Below are positions 46,023 through 55,282 of a stretch of 64,000 nt of DNA, in pieces (position 1 is the stretch's first letter; every line of letters starts with the position of its first letter). Made by a program: the position numbers and the translations under genes. The notes under the pieces were generated by a model that made no database searches, had not been told where the DNA came from, and was given only the letters and a program-made list of their open reading frames with translations. This stretch comes from Alphaproteobacteria bacterium. GTDB taxonomy: Bacteria > Pseudomonadota > Alphaproteobacteria > UBA828. The DNA is taken from NCBI GenBank assembly GCA_965237415.1, contig CBDEFM010000002.1, positions 3,424,001 to 3,488,000 of the forward strand. Direction: 5' to 3'.

Positions 46023-46991
46023 TCACCCGTCGGCCTTGGGGCGCACCTCCTCGGCGAACTCCGTGATGGCGTCGAGCGTCTCCTCGATGGTCGCGCGCAG
46101 GAACTGGAGCAGCAGGTGGCGGCAGCCGAGCTCGCGGAGCGCCTGGATGTCGCTCGCGATGTCGTCGGCCGAGCCGGAGAGCAGCATCCGCTCGCCCGTA
46201 TCGGTCATGATCGGCTCCTGATCGGCGCCGTACCAGACGGCCCAGAACGCGAGGTCGATACTGGCCGGGTCGCGGCCCTCCGCCTCCGCCATGGCGCGAA
46301 GGTCGCCGAGGGAGGCGGCGAAGCGGCCCAGCGTGTCCAGCGGGAAGCGCGGGTTGCAGCCGATCGGGAACCAGGCATCGCCGTAGCGCGCGGTGCGGCG
46401 CTTGGCCGGTTTGCTCTCGCCGCCCACCCAGATGGGCGGGTGCGGCTTCTGCACCGGTTTGGGGTGGAACAGTATGTTGTCGAAGGAGGTGAACTCCCCC
46501 TCATACTTCGGTGCGTCGGCGGTCCAGAGCTCCTTGTAGATGCGGAGGTACTCGTCGGTCGCCCGGCCGCGGGCGTCGAACGGCGGTGCGCCGACGGGCG
46601 GGAACTCTTCTGCCATCCAGCCGGCGCCCACACCGACGATCACGCGTCCGCCCGACAGCAGATCGATGGTGGAGAGCAGCTTCGCGGTCAGCACCGGCTG
46701 GCGATAGGGAACCACCATCACCGAGGTGAGCAGCCGCATCTCCTGCGTGATACCGGCAAGGTAGGCCATGAGCGCGATCGGCTCCAGGCACTCGCCGGCG
46801 AGCAGGGTGGGGAAGTTCAGCGTGCCGTCGGGCGAATAGGGGTAGGGCGAATCGATGCCCTTGGGCACCACGATGTGGTCCGGGATGGCGAGAATGCGGT
46901 AGCCCAGCTTTTCGCCGTGCTGGGCGATGGTTCCGATGTGCTCCGGCACGGCCAGCGGCCCGCCGTTGGGTACGTTGAAGCCGTATTCCAT
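46023..46991 (-). CDS. LLM-class, probably F420-dependent oxidoreductase
   Basis: DHIVVP, D.LSGGR, GVGAGW..EEF, PKPVQKPHPPIWVGG. Confidence 0.88.
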   Translation of the reverse strand: MEYGFNVPNGGPLAVPEHIGTIAQHGEKLGYRILAIPDHIVVPKGIDSPYPYSPDGTLNFPTLLAGECLEPIALMAYLAGITQEMRLLTSVMVVPYRQPVLTAKLLSTIDLLSGGRVIVGVGAGWMAEEFPPVGAPPFDARGRATDEYLRIYKELWTADAPKYEGEFTSFDNILFHPKPVQKPHPPIWVGGESKPAKRRTARYGDAWFPIGCNPRFPLDTLGRFAASLGDLRAMAEAEGRDPASIDLAFWAVWYGADQEPIMTDTGERMLLSGSADDIASDIQALRELGCRHLLLQFLRATIEETLDAITEFAEEVRPKADG

Positions 46992-47130
46992 TCCCCTATC
47001 CCATCAGTTCGAATGTTCACCGTTGGCTGCCGCCCAGTCGGGCGATGGCGCTCGTTCTAGCGCCATCGTCGGAAGCGCGGCAAGGATCAATCCCGGCGAT
47101 CGGCCGCCTCGGCGTTCGCGCCCGGGCCGT

Positions 47131-48117
47131 TTACACGTAGCCGTTGGCCTGAAACCAGCGCATCGCATCGGCCAGCGCTTGGCTTGCGGGGCGGGCGGTG
47201 TAGCCGAGTTCGCGCTCGGCCTTGGCGGAGGAGAAGAACATCATCTTGCGCGCCATGCGCAGGCTGTCGCGGGTTAGTCTGGGCTCGCCGCCCGCGACAC
47301 GCGCCCAGGCTTCGCCGGCGGCGGCCACCGGCGCGAGCAGGCGGTGGGAGAGCCGGATTCGCGGGGCCCGGCGCCCCGTGAGCTGCGCCAGGCATTCGAG
47401 AATTTCGCGCAAGGACATGTTCTCGCCGCCGAGGATATAGCGCTCGCCGATGGCGCCTTGCGCGAGCGCCTGCAGATGGCCGGCGGCACAGTCGTCGACA
47501 TGGACCACGTTGAGGCCGGTATCGACGTAGGCCGGCATGCGCCCGGTCGCGAAATCGACGATGATTCGCCCGGTCGGCGTCGGTTTGATGTCGCGCGGGC
47601 CGATGGGCGCGGAGGGGTTGACGATGACCGCCGGCACCCCTTCGTCGCGGACGAGCGTACGCACCGCCTCCTCCGCCAGGAACTTCGAGCGCTTGTAATG
47701 GCCGATCATGGCGGCCTCGGTTACGGGGGTCTCCTCGTCGGCGGGCGAGTGGTCGGCGTTGAGGCCCAAAGTGGCGACGCTCGACGTGTAGACGATGCGT
47801 GTGGCCCCCGCAGATGCGGCGGCGCGCAGCAGGTCGCGGGAGCCATCCACGTTGGTGCGGTAGACCGTCGGCGGATCGGGAATCCAGAGCCGATAGTCGG
47901 CCGCCACGTGAAAGAGCGTGTCGCAGCCGCGCGCAGCCTCCTCCAGCGAGGGACGATGGGTCAGGTCGCCGGTTGCGCGTTCCACATCGAGGCCGTCGAT
48001 GTTGCGCGTATCGGCGCCGGGTCGCATCAGCACGCGCACCGCGTGGCCGGCGTCGAGCAACGCGCGGGCGACGGCCGAGCCGAGAAATCCGGTGGCACCT
48101 GTCACCAGCGTTGTCAT
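47131..48117 (-). CDS. hpnA: Hopanoid-associated NAD-dependent epimerase/dehydratase
   Basis: TGATGFLG, FHVAADYRLW, YKRSK, GPRDIKPTPTG, AYVDTGLNVV. Confidence 0.88.
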   Translation of the reverse strand: MTTLVTGATGFLGSAVARALLDAGHAVRVLMRPGADTRNIDGLDVERATGDLTHRPSLEEAARGCDTLFHVAADYRLWIPDPPTVYRTNVDGSRDLLRAAASAGATRIVYTSSVATLGLNADHSPADEETPVTEAAMIGHYKRSKFLAEEAVRTLVRDEGVPAVIVNPSAPIGPRDIKPTPTGRIIVDFATGRMPAYVDTGLNVVHVDDCAAGHLQALAQGAIGERYILGGENMSLREILECLAQLTGRRAPRIRLSHRLLAPVAAAGEAWARVAGGEPRLTRDSLRMARKMMFFSSAKAERELGYTARPASQALADAMRWFQANGYV

Positions 48118-48797
48118 GGCGCAGTCTCCGGCAACTTGCCGAACAGGAGGCGTCGCTCACGCCAGGCGAGCCAGATCACATAGAGCGGAGTCAGCCCGAC
48201 ACCGGCCAGCAGCAGTATTATCAGGCCGCCGCCCCAGGTGATGGGGCCGATGAAGTACATCGTGTCCTCCAGGTGGAACCCCTTGAACATCGGCTGCCGC
48301 GCCTGGCGCTCGCCGGCGCGCTGCTCGATCCGCCAGAACATGAGAAACAGCGTCGAGACCGAAACCCCGGCGATCAGGCCGAGATAAGGCGCCCAGCCGC
48401 CGATCCAGCTCCCTTGCAGGCCGATGCCGATGCAGACGAAGAGCGCCACATGGATGACGGCGTCGCTGTAGTTGTCGTAGTGATACCCGAATCGGCTGGA
48501 TTTGCCGGAAAGCCTGGCCAGCTCGCCGTCCATGTGATCGACGAAGTTGGACAGCATGAAGAGCCCCGCGGCATAGAGGATCTCCGGCCGCGTACCGGTG
48601 GCGAAGAGGCCGCAGGCCGCGAGCCCGAGGATAAGCCTGACCGTGGTGATGTGGTTCGGCGTGACCGGAGTGTGCACCAGCGGCCGCGCCGTCCAGCCGG
48701 CGAGCCGCTGGTCCCAAGCCCTGCGCGGCTTTGTTGGTTTGGGTTCGGCGTTCTCGTCGCCAGCCCCATCGCTTGTGTCCATCTTGTGTTCGACCAT
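48114..48797 (-). CDS. CDP-alcohol phosphatidyltransferase family protein
   Basis: TPNHIT; DHMDGELARLSGKSSRFGYHYDNYSD signature. Confidence 0.92.
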   Translation of the reverse strand: MVEHKMDTSDGAGDENAEPKPTKPRRAWDQRLAGWTARPLVHTPVTPNHITTVRLILGLAACGLFATGTRPEILYAAGLFMLSNFVDHMDGELARLSGKSSRFGYHYDNYSDAVIHVALFVCIGIGLQGSWIGGWAPYLGLIAGVSVSTLFLMFWRIEQRAGERQARQPMFKGFHLEDTMYFIGPITWGGGLIILLLAGVGLTPLYVIWLAWRERRLLFGKLPETAP

Positions 48798-48848
48798 GGG
48801 GCGTCATATAGCCCGAAACGGGGTCGTGACAACGCCGGACATTCCGCT

Positions 48849-49583
48849 ATGCGCGCCGTCATGCTTGCCGCCGGCGTTGGCCGGCGCCTGGCAATCGAGG
48901 AACCCAAGGTGCTGCTGCGCTTCGGCGGCCGCACCCTGCTGGAACGCCACCTCGCTATTCTCGCCGCGCTCGGCGTTCGCGACGTGGCGATCGGCATCGG
49001 CTACGAGGCCCTCACCATCGAGCGTGCGTTGACGTCGCTCGGGCAGACGGAGGTCTCCACCGTCTACAACCCCGACTACGAGCAGGGCAGCATCCTGACG
49101 CTCTGGTCGGTGCGCGAGGCGCTCACGGCGGGCGGATCGGTGCTCCTGATGGATGGGGACGTACTCTACGACCGCCGCGTGCTTGCGCCTTTGGTTGAGA
49201 CGCGCCACGCCGATTGCCTGCTGGTCGATCGCGCCTACGAACCGGGCGATGAGCCCGTCAAGGTCGGCGTCGTGGACGGCGTGCCCACCGACTTCGGCAA
49301 GACCATCGACCCTGCGGTCGAGGCCTACGGCGAATCGGTGGGTTTCTTCCGCCTCAGCGAGGAGATGGCGAAAGCGCTGGTCGAAACAGCCGGGCAGATG
49401 ATCGACGACGGCGGCACCGAGCGCCCCATGGAGGACGCCATCGCCGTCGTCCTCCGCGCCGCGAGCCCGCCCTTCGGCTTCGAGGACGTGACCGGCCTGC
49501 CCTGGATCGAGATCGATTTGCCCGAGGACGTGGAGCGCGCCGAGACAGTTGTCCTGCCGGGGCTCGCGGATGAAGATCGTTGA
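48849..49583 (+). CDS. Nucleotidyltransferase (phosphocholine cytidylyltransferase/LicC-like)
   Basis: LAAGVGRRL...PK.LL, MDGDVL, GESVG, WIEID..EDV. Confidence 0.88.
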   Translation: MRAVMLAAGVGRRLAIEEPKVLLRFGGRTLLERHLAILAALGVRDVAIGIGYEALTIERALTSLGQTEVSTVYNPDYEQGSILTLWSVREALTAGGSVLLMDGDVLYDRRVLAPLVETRHADCLLVDRAYEPGDEPVKVGVVDGVPTDFGKTIDPAVEAYGESVGFFRLSEEMAKALVETAGQMIDDGGTERPMEDAIAVVLRAASPPFGFEDVTGLPWIEIDLPEDVERAETVVLPGLADEDR

Positions 49584-49617
49584 GGCGCAGCCCCGACTAA
49601 TGGAGGCCTGTCCGGCC

Positions 49618-49851
49618 ATGGTCGTTGTGAATGTCAGTCGAGCGAAGAGCCAGCTCTCCCGACTGCTGGCGCGAGTCGAGGCCGGGGAGGAGGTCACGAT
49701 CACCCGCCGAGGCAAGCCGGTCGCGCGGCTTATCGCCTGTAAGCCCCGGAAGGAGCGGCGTCCGGATCGTCTCAAGGGCAAAGCGGTCATTCCCGACGAT
49801 TTCTTCGACCCGCTGCCGGAAGAGGAGCTTAAACTCTGGGAAGGCCGATAG
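49618..49851 (+). CDS. Phd/YefM family antitoxin, no toxin adjacent
   Basis: VNVSRAKSQLSRLL...GEEVTITRRGKPVARL...DDFFDPLPEEEL..WEG. Confidence 0.88.
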   Translation: MVVVNVSRAKSQLSRLLARVEAGEEVTITRRGKPVARLIACKPRKERRPDRLKGKAVIPDDFFDPLPEEELKLWEGR

Positions 49852-49989
49852 GCGGCGCGTAAGTCGCTCAGCGCCTATCCGTGTTTGTGGTGAGGAGAGC
49901 TCTTCCCCGCCCTGCGCCGATTCGACGCAGGCGCGCCGCCTCACCATAATGGCCGCCACCAAGAGAAATCGCTGCCCAGGAGATGCGCG

Positions 49990-51093
49990 ATGAAACTCGG
50001 CATGTTCATGCACCCGATCCAGGACTTTCGCCGGGGATATCACACGCTCCTCAAGGAAGACTTCGAGATCATCAAGTGCGCCGACGCGATCGGTTTCGAC
50101 GAGGTCTGGCTCGGCGAGCACTTCGCGCTTCCCTCGGAGCCGATTCAGTCGCCGCTCATGCTGTTCGCCGCGCTGGTGCCCCAGACGGAGCGGATCAAGT
50201 TCGGCTCAGGCGTCCTCTGCCTGCCTTATCAGCATCCGGCCATCGTTGCCGGCCAGGCGGCGCAGTTCGACCATATCTCCGAGGGCCGCTTCCTCATGGG
50301 GATCGGGCCGGGCGCCACGCCGCCCGACTTCGAGATGTTCAAGATCACCGACCTCGACCGCATGGAGATGCTGGTCGAATCGATCGACATGATCCACGGC
50401 ATCTGGGCGTCGGACCCGCCCTATGAGTTCCACGGCAAGTACTGGGACTTCGAGATCAAGGACAACGTGCTGCTCGACATCGGCGTCGGCGGGATGGGCA
50501 AGCCCTACCAGCAGCCCCATCCGCCGGTGATGATCCCGGCGATGAGCCGGGGTTCCGGCAGCATCCGTCTCGCCGCCCAGCGGGACTGGATGTGCATCTC
50601 CGCCAACTTCGTGCCCGATGAGGTGCTCAAGGGCCACTGGCGCGACTATCTCGACGAATGCAAGAAGCTGGGGCGCCAGCCCGACCCCTCGAAGTGGAAG
50701 GCAGGCCGCACCCTGCTGATCACCGAAACCGACGAGGAGGCGCGCCAGTATCTCCGGCGCGAGGACAACGCCTTCCGCTGGTACTTCGAGTACATCATCG
50801 GTATCACCCGCCACGGCGGCTTCGTCCACATGCTGAAGTCGGACCCCGACATGCCTGACGACGAGGTGACGCCGGAGTACTGCATCGACACCATCGTCAC
50901 CGCCGGCAGCCCCAAGACGGTCGCCAAGAAGATCGCAGCCTTCCGCGACGAGGCGGGGCCGTTCGAAACCCTGATCCTCTCGCACCACGACTGGGTTCAT
51001 AAGGATCTCTGGCGGCGCCACATGGAGCTCACGGCGACGGAGCTTATGCCGCGGCTCCGCGCCGAAATCGGCTGGCAGGCGGCGGCCGAATAG
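49990..51093 (+). CDS. Luciferase-like (LLM) flavin-dependent monooxygenase
   Basis: MKLGMFMHP, GFDEVWLGEH, GIGPG, PYQQPHPP. Confidence 0.9.
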   Translation: MKLGMFMHPIQDFRRGYHTLLKEDFEIIKCADAIGFDEVWLGEHFALPSEPIQSPLMLFAALVPQTERIKFGSGVLCLPYQHPAIVAGQAAQFDHISEGRFLMGIGPGATPPDFEMFKITDLDRMEMLVESIDMIHGIWASDPPYEFHGKYWDFEIKDNVLLDIGVGGMGKPYQQPHPPVMIPAMSRGSGSIRLAAQRDWMCISANFVPDEVLKGHWRDYLDECKKLGRQPDPSKWKAGRTLLITETDEEARQYLRREDNAFRWYFEYIIGITRHGGFVHMLKSDPDMPDDEVTPEYCIDTIVTAGSPKTVAKKIAAFRDEAGPFETLILSHHDWVHKDLWRRHMELTATELMPRLRAEIGWQAAAE

Positions 51094-51100
51094 GCCGAGC

Positions 51101-52588
51101 TTATTCGGTGACGATCTTGACGAGCTGACCTGGCTGCAGACGATCGCCGGGACGCAGGCCGTTCAACACCCGGAACCGCTCAGTGCGGAAATCATTGAAT
51201 GGCATGCGAGCCGAGAGCGAATCCACGGTATCGTCAGGCGCGACCTCGACAACACGAAGCCTGAGCGGGCGGAGATTGGCGGCCTGCCGCTGACTGAGCC
51301 GCCTGAAGCTGGCCATCATCTGGCGGAAGGGAGCCGCGAACGCCTGCGTCTGTCGCGGCGGGGTTACAAAGAAAAAGCGGTAGATCCGCTTGGGCGCGGC
51401 GCGGATAGCGACCAGCCGCACGTCGCGGACGCCTGACTTGGTCCGGACCCGGGTGCTTGCAGCCACCGCGTCGAGACCGTCGATGGCCAACCTTTCGATC
51501 CTTCGCAGCGGCACCTTTGACGCCCACTCGCCCCGCAAATAGCGCAATGTGCTAATCGCGGGGTCTGGCAGCCTGACTTCGTCGAAGCGCATGGAGGCGC
51601 CGGATTGGTGCGTGCCCACAACCGCTTCCGGGCCGTTGCGCAGGCGGAATCCGCGCGGGGCGGTGAAGGCGATCCGCAAGATCGGATGGGCAAATGCCCG
51701 GCCGCGGACAAATCCCTCTTCGGGGGAATCGCCGTAGATCATGCCGTCGATCTGCCTGAGGTAGATGTCGCGGGCACGCTCGCCACCGAATTCGGCCTGG
51801 GCCGCGGCGGCCGCCTTCCTCACCCGGTCGGCGGTGCGCGGATGGCTCGCGAAGAGGCCCCCCAGCGCTCCCTCGCCGCGCGAGCCGGCCTTCTGGCGTG
51901 CGAGCTCGGATTCGGCCCCCATCGTCTCGAGAAAGCTCGACATCGCTATCGCGTCGAAGCCGCTGCGGCTCAGATAGCGCACACCCAGCATATCGGCCTC
52001 CAACTCCTGGGAGCGCGAATAACCCTTCACGTAGGCACCGGCCGCGAGCTGCGCGATATCCGAGACGGTCCGGTTGTCGATGACCGCGCCGAGCAATGCT
52101 GCGCCGAGACCCGCGACCAGGCCGTGGCTGTAGCGCTCGGCGCTGTGGCGTGCAGTCACGTGGCCGATCTCGTGGGCGATCACGCCTGCGAGCTCCGCCT
52201 CGTCGTTGGCGAGCGCCATCAGGCCGCGCGTGACATGGACGTAACCGCCGGGCAGCGCGAAGGCATTGACCTCGGGGGTGTCGAGGATGACGAAGGTGAA
52301 GGGCGTTTCCGGCTGCTCGGAGGTCAGCTGAAGGAGCCTGCCGAGACTTGCAACGTAGCGCTGAAGCTCTGGGTCCTCATAGAGACCGCCGAAGGCCTTC
52401 ACCAGCTTGGGATGCTCGTGGGCGCCGACACGCCGCTCTTCCTCGGGCGGCATGAAGGCGGTGAACTGCTCCTCGCCGGTCGCCGGATTGACGTTGCATC
52501 CGCTGAGCAGAAGCGGCGCGGTCGTCGCAAGTGCGAGACCCAGCACCAAAGCCACGGGCACGGCCGCCAGGCGTCGGGACCGCATCAT
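51101..52588 (-). CDS. M48 family metalloprotease lipoprotein with C-terminal LysM-like region
   Basis: LSGC lipobox, NAFALPGG, HEIGH, YSRSQELEAD, SHP, PDDTVDSL...LNGL. Confidence 0.92.
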   Translation of the reverse strand: MMRSRRLAAVPVALVLGLALATTAPLLLSGCNVNPATGEEQFTAFMPPEEERRVGAHEHPKLVKAFGGLYEDPELQRYVASLGRLLQLTSEQPETPFTFVILDTPEVNAFALPGGYVHVTRGLMALANDEAELAGVIAHEIGHVTARHSAERYSHGLVAGLGAALLGAVIDNRTVSDIAQLAAGAYVKGYSRSQELEADMLGVRYLSRSGFDAIAMSSFLETMGAESELARQKAGSRGEGALGGLFASHPRTADRVRKAAAAAQAEFGGERARDIYLRQIDGMIYGDSPEEGFVRGRAFAHPILRIAFTAPRGFRLRNGPEAVVGTHQSGASMRFDEVRLPDPAISTLRYLRGEWASKVPLRRIERLAIDGLDAVAASTRVRTKSGVRDVRLVAIRAAPKRIYRFFFVTPPRQTQAFAAPFRQMMASFRRLSQRQAANLRPLRLRVVEVAPDDTVDSLSARMPFNDFRTERFRVLNGLRPGDRLQPGQLVKIVTE

Positions 52589-53382
52589 TCCAGAAGCTCG
52601 ATCTGCTCGGGATGGGTGGCCTCGATCATGGGGCCGTTGAACGACTCGATCCAGCCGCGCACGCGCACCAGACGGCCTTCGTAGTCTTCGACGGCGATGC
52701 CCGCGGCCTCGAACCGGCGGCGGTCGCGCGGCGCGATGAAGACGGTGAAGTCCTCGCGCCAATCCTCGCCGAAATTGAGATAACCGCGGCCGCGCACGAC
52801 TGCTGCTGACCTGACGCGTCCCTCGACCAGCTGGAAGCTGCGGAGGCCGCCCTCGGCCTCCCCTGCCGCCCGCACCCGGTAGTCGGGCTGGGACCAGATA
52901 CCGAGGCGGCCGGCGCGGGCCTGGCGCTCGAGGGCAAGCATATCGGCAACCGCCATCCGATCGTCGACGAGGCTATGGACCCGGGCGAGTCCCACGGCAA
53001 GCAGCGCGCCCTGTACCCAGGCCCCGTCGTCCGTCCGCACGAGATGGGCGCGCAGGCGGCCGTGCCGGTCCCGCCGGGTGTCGCCCAGTGCCAGGCCGAT
53101 CCGGCGGTCTTGCACCAGCGCTGCCAGCGCCTGTCGTGCGTCCATCGCAAACCGCGCGGCCGGCGAATCGGTCCTGCTACGGGGGACACTCGGTGTCTCG
53201 ATGCCAGCGAGGCGCACCGTCTCTCCGTCGTCGAGCAAGACCGTGCTGCCGTCGATGACTTCGACGACGTGTGCTTCCGCGTCGAGCGTAAGGCCCACCG
53301 GTGGCGGCACTGCCGGCCCGCCCGCGGCGCCCGCCGCCTTCACGGTGAGAACGAGGAGAAAGACCGCGGCGAGTCGAGCCAT
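52585..53382 (-). CDS. Thermonuclease (SNase-like) family secreted protein
   Basis: VIDG.T, VRLAGIETP, DRHGR, GLARV, AR....GIW. Confidence 0.88.
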   Translation of the reverse strand: MARLAAVFLLVLTVKAAGAAGGPAVPPPVGLTLDAEAHVVEVIDGSTVLLDDGETVRLAGIETPSVPRSRTDSPAARFAMDARQALAALVQDRRIGLALGDTRRDRHGRLRAHLVRTDDGAWVQGALLAVGLARVHSLVDDRMAVADMLALERQARAGRLGIWSQPDYRVRAAGEAEGGLRSFQLVEGRVRSAAVVRGRGYLNFGEDWREDFTVFIAPRDRRRFEAAGIAVEDYEGRLVRVRGWIESFNGPMIEATHPEQIELLE

Positions 53383-53488
53383 GGCGGGAGTATAGCGCGC
53401 CGCTCTCGCGCGAATGCGCGGCTTCTCAAGTAGACGGCAAGCCCGTAATGTCTTCGCGGCACACAGCCCAACGCGGGGAGGGCGCAGC

Positions 53489-55180
53489 ATGGACATGGTG
53501 ACGATGAACATCATCGATTCGTCGATGGTGTCGATCTGCCGGGAAATGGGAATCACCCTGATGAAGACGTCCTATTCGACGATCTTCAACGAGGGCCTCG
53601 ACTTCACGTGCGCCATTGCCGACACCGACGGCGAGATGGTTTCGGTCGCCGAGTTCTGTCCCGCCCAGATCGGCGGAATGCCGCTGGTCATCAAGACCTG
53701 CGCCGAGGAGATTCCGATCGACCAGATCGATGAAGGCGACGTCATCATCCACAACGACCCCTACCGGGGCGGCCTGCACGTGCCCGAGCACACGCTGTTC
53801 AAGCCCGTCTACGCCGACGGCGAGCTCTTGGCTTTCGTGGTTGCCATCGGTCACATCGCCGAGGTCGGCGGCATGGTGCCCGGCGGCTTCGCCGGTGAGG
53901 CGACGGAGATCTTCCACGAAGGCATGCGGGTGCCGCCGGTGAAGATCATGAAGCGCGGCCGCGATGTCGATGCGGTGTGGAAGCTGATGCTCGCGAACGT
54001 GCGCACGCCGCGATACAATTATGGCGACCTGCGCGCCATGATCGGGTCGCTGGACGTCGGCGAGGCGCGCCTGAAGGAGATGGTAGCGAAATACGGCCGC
54101 GACCTCTGGCGCGAGACCTGCCACGACCTCATGGACTATTCGGAGCGCCGCATGCGCGCCGAGATCGCGCAGTTCCCCGACGGCCGCTACCACTTCGAGG
54201 ACACTGTCGAGAACGACGGGATCGAGGACAAGCCCTATCAACTACGGGTCGACGTATTCGTCCAGGGCGACGAGCTGATCGCCGACTTCTCGGGCACGGA
54301 CGCCCAGGCAAAGGGGCCGATCAACGCCACCCTCGGCGTCACCTGGTCGGCGACCTACAACGCGCTCTTCCACATGACCGACCCGTCGATCCCCAAGAAC
54401 TCGGGGTGCTTCCGCCCGATCAAGATCGTGGCGCGACCCGGCACGGTCGCCAATGTGAATTACCCGGCGCCCGAGGTGGCGGGCAATACGGAGACCCACC
54501 CCAGGCTCGCGCTGATCGTGATCGGTGCGCTGGCCCAGGGCATGCCCGAACGCGCGATGGCGGCGGAGAGCGGCACCGGCGGCAATTTCGTCTTCGGCGG
54601 CCACCACCCCGACCATGACGAGTATTTCGCCTGCTACGATCTGATCTCCGGCGGTTGGGGCGGGCGCGACTACGCCGACGGCAACGACTGCGTGATCGCG
54701 ATCAACGGCAATTGCCGCTTCAACCCAGTCGAGGTGTTCGAGACCCGCTTTCCCTTCCAGGTCGAGGACTTCGCGATGACGCCGGATTCCGGCGGTCCCG
54801 GCCGCCACCGCGGCGGGCTCGGCTACCGCAAGACGCTGCGCACGCTGTCGGCGGAAATCACCGCGAGCCAGTGCACCGACCGGCACCGGATCAAGGCCTG
54901 GGGTCTCTTCGGCGGCAAGGAGGGTGCGGTCGGTGCGACCCTGGTCCGGCTCGAGGGCGCGGACGACTGGCGCCCGGTGACCGAGACCCACGGCAAGGTG
55001 TCGTCCTCCAAGTACGCCAACATCCGCCTTCGTCCCGGCGACCGGGTGCGGCTCATCGTGCCCGGCGGCGGCGGCTACGGCGAGCCCGGTGAGCGTGCGC
55101 CGGAAGCGGTGGCGGAAGACCTGGCGGAGGGCTACATCACGCCCGCGGCCGCGCGCCGCGACTACGGTTACGCCGGCTGA
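53489..55180 (+). CDS. Hydantoinase B/oxoprolinase family protein
   Basis: YSTIF.E..DF, NDPYRGGLH, DSGGPGRHRGG, PGGGGYG. Confidence 0.92.
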   Translation: MDMVTMNIIDSSMVSICREMGITLMKTSYSTIFNEGLDFTCAIADTDGEMVSVAEFCPAQIGGMPLVIKTCAEEIPIDQIDEGDVIIHNDPYRGGLHVPEHTLFKPVYADGELLAFVVAIGHIAEVGGMVPGGFAGEATEIFHEGMRVPPVKIMKRGRDVDAVWKLMLANVRTPRYNYGDLRAMIGSLDVGEARLKEMVAKYGRDLWRETCHDLMDYSERRMRAEIAQFPDGRYHFEDTVENDGIEDKPYQLRVDVFVQGDELIADFSGTDAQAKGPINATLGVTWSATYNALFHMTDPSIPKNSGCFRPIKIVARPGTVANVNYPAPEVAGNTETHPRLALIVIGALAQGMPERAMAAESGTGGNFVFGGHHPDHDEYFACYDLISGGWGGRDYADGNDCVIAINGNCRFNPVEVFETRFPFQVEDFAMTPDSGGPGRHRGGLGYRKTLRTLSAEITASQCTDRHRIKAWGLFGGKEGAVGATLVRLEGADDWRPVTETHGKVSSSKYANIRLRPGDRVRLIVPGGGGYGEPGERAPEAVAEDLAEGYITPAAARRDYGYAG

Positions 55181-55282
55181 GCGGCCGCGAAATCGCCCGG
55201 CACGGCACCCGCCGGCAGTAGAGGAGCCTCTGCCGCGGGTGCGCTTGCGCAGCGGGATGTTTCGGCCACAATTGGACAGGCG

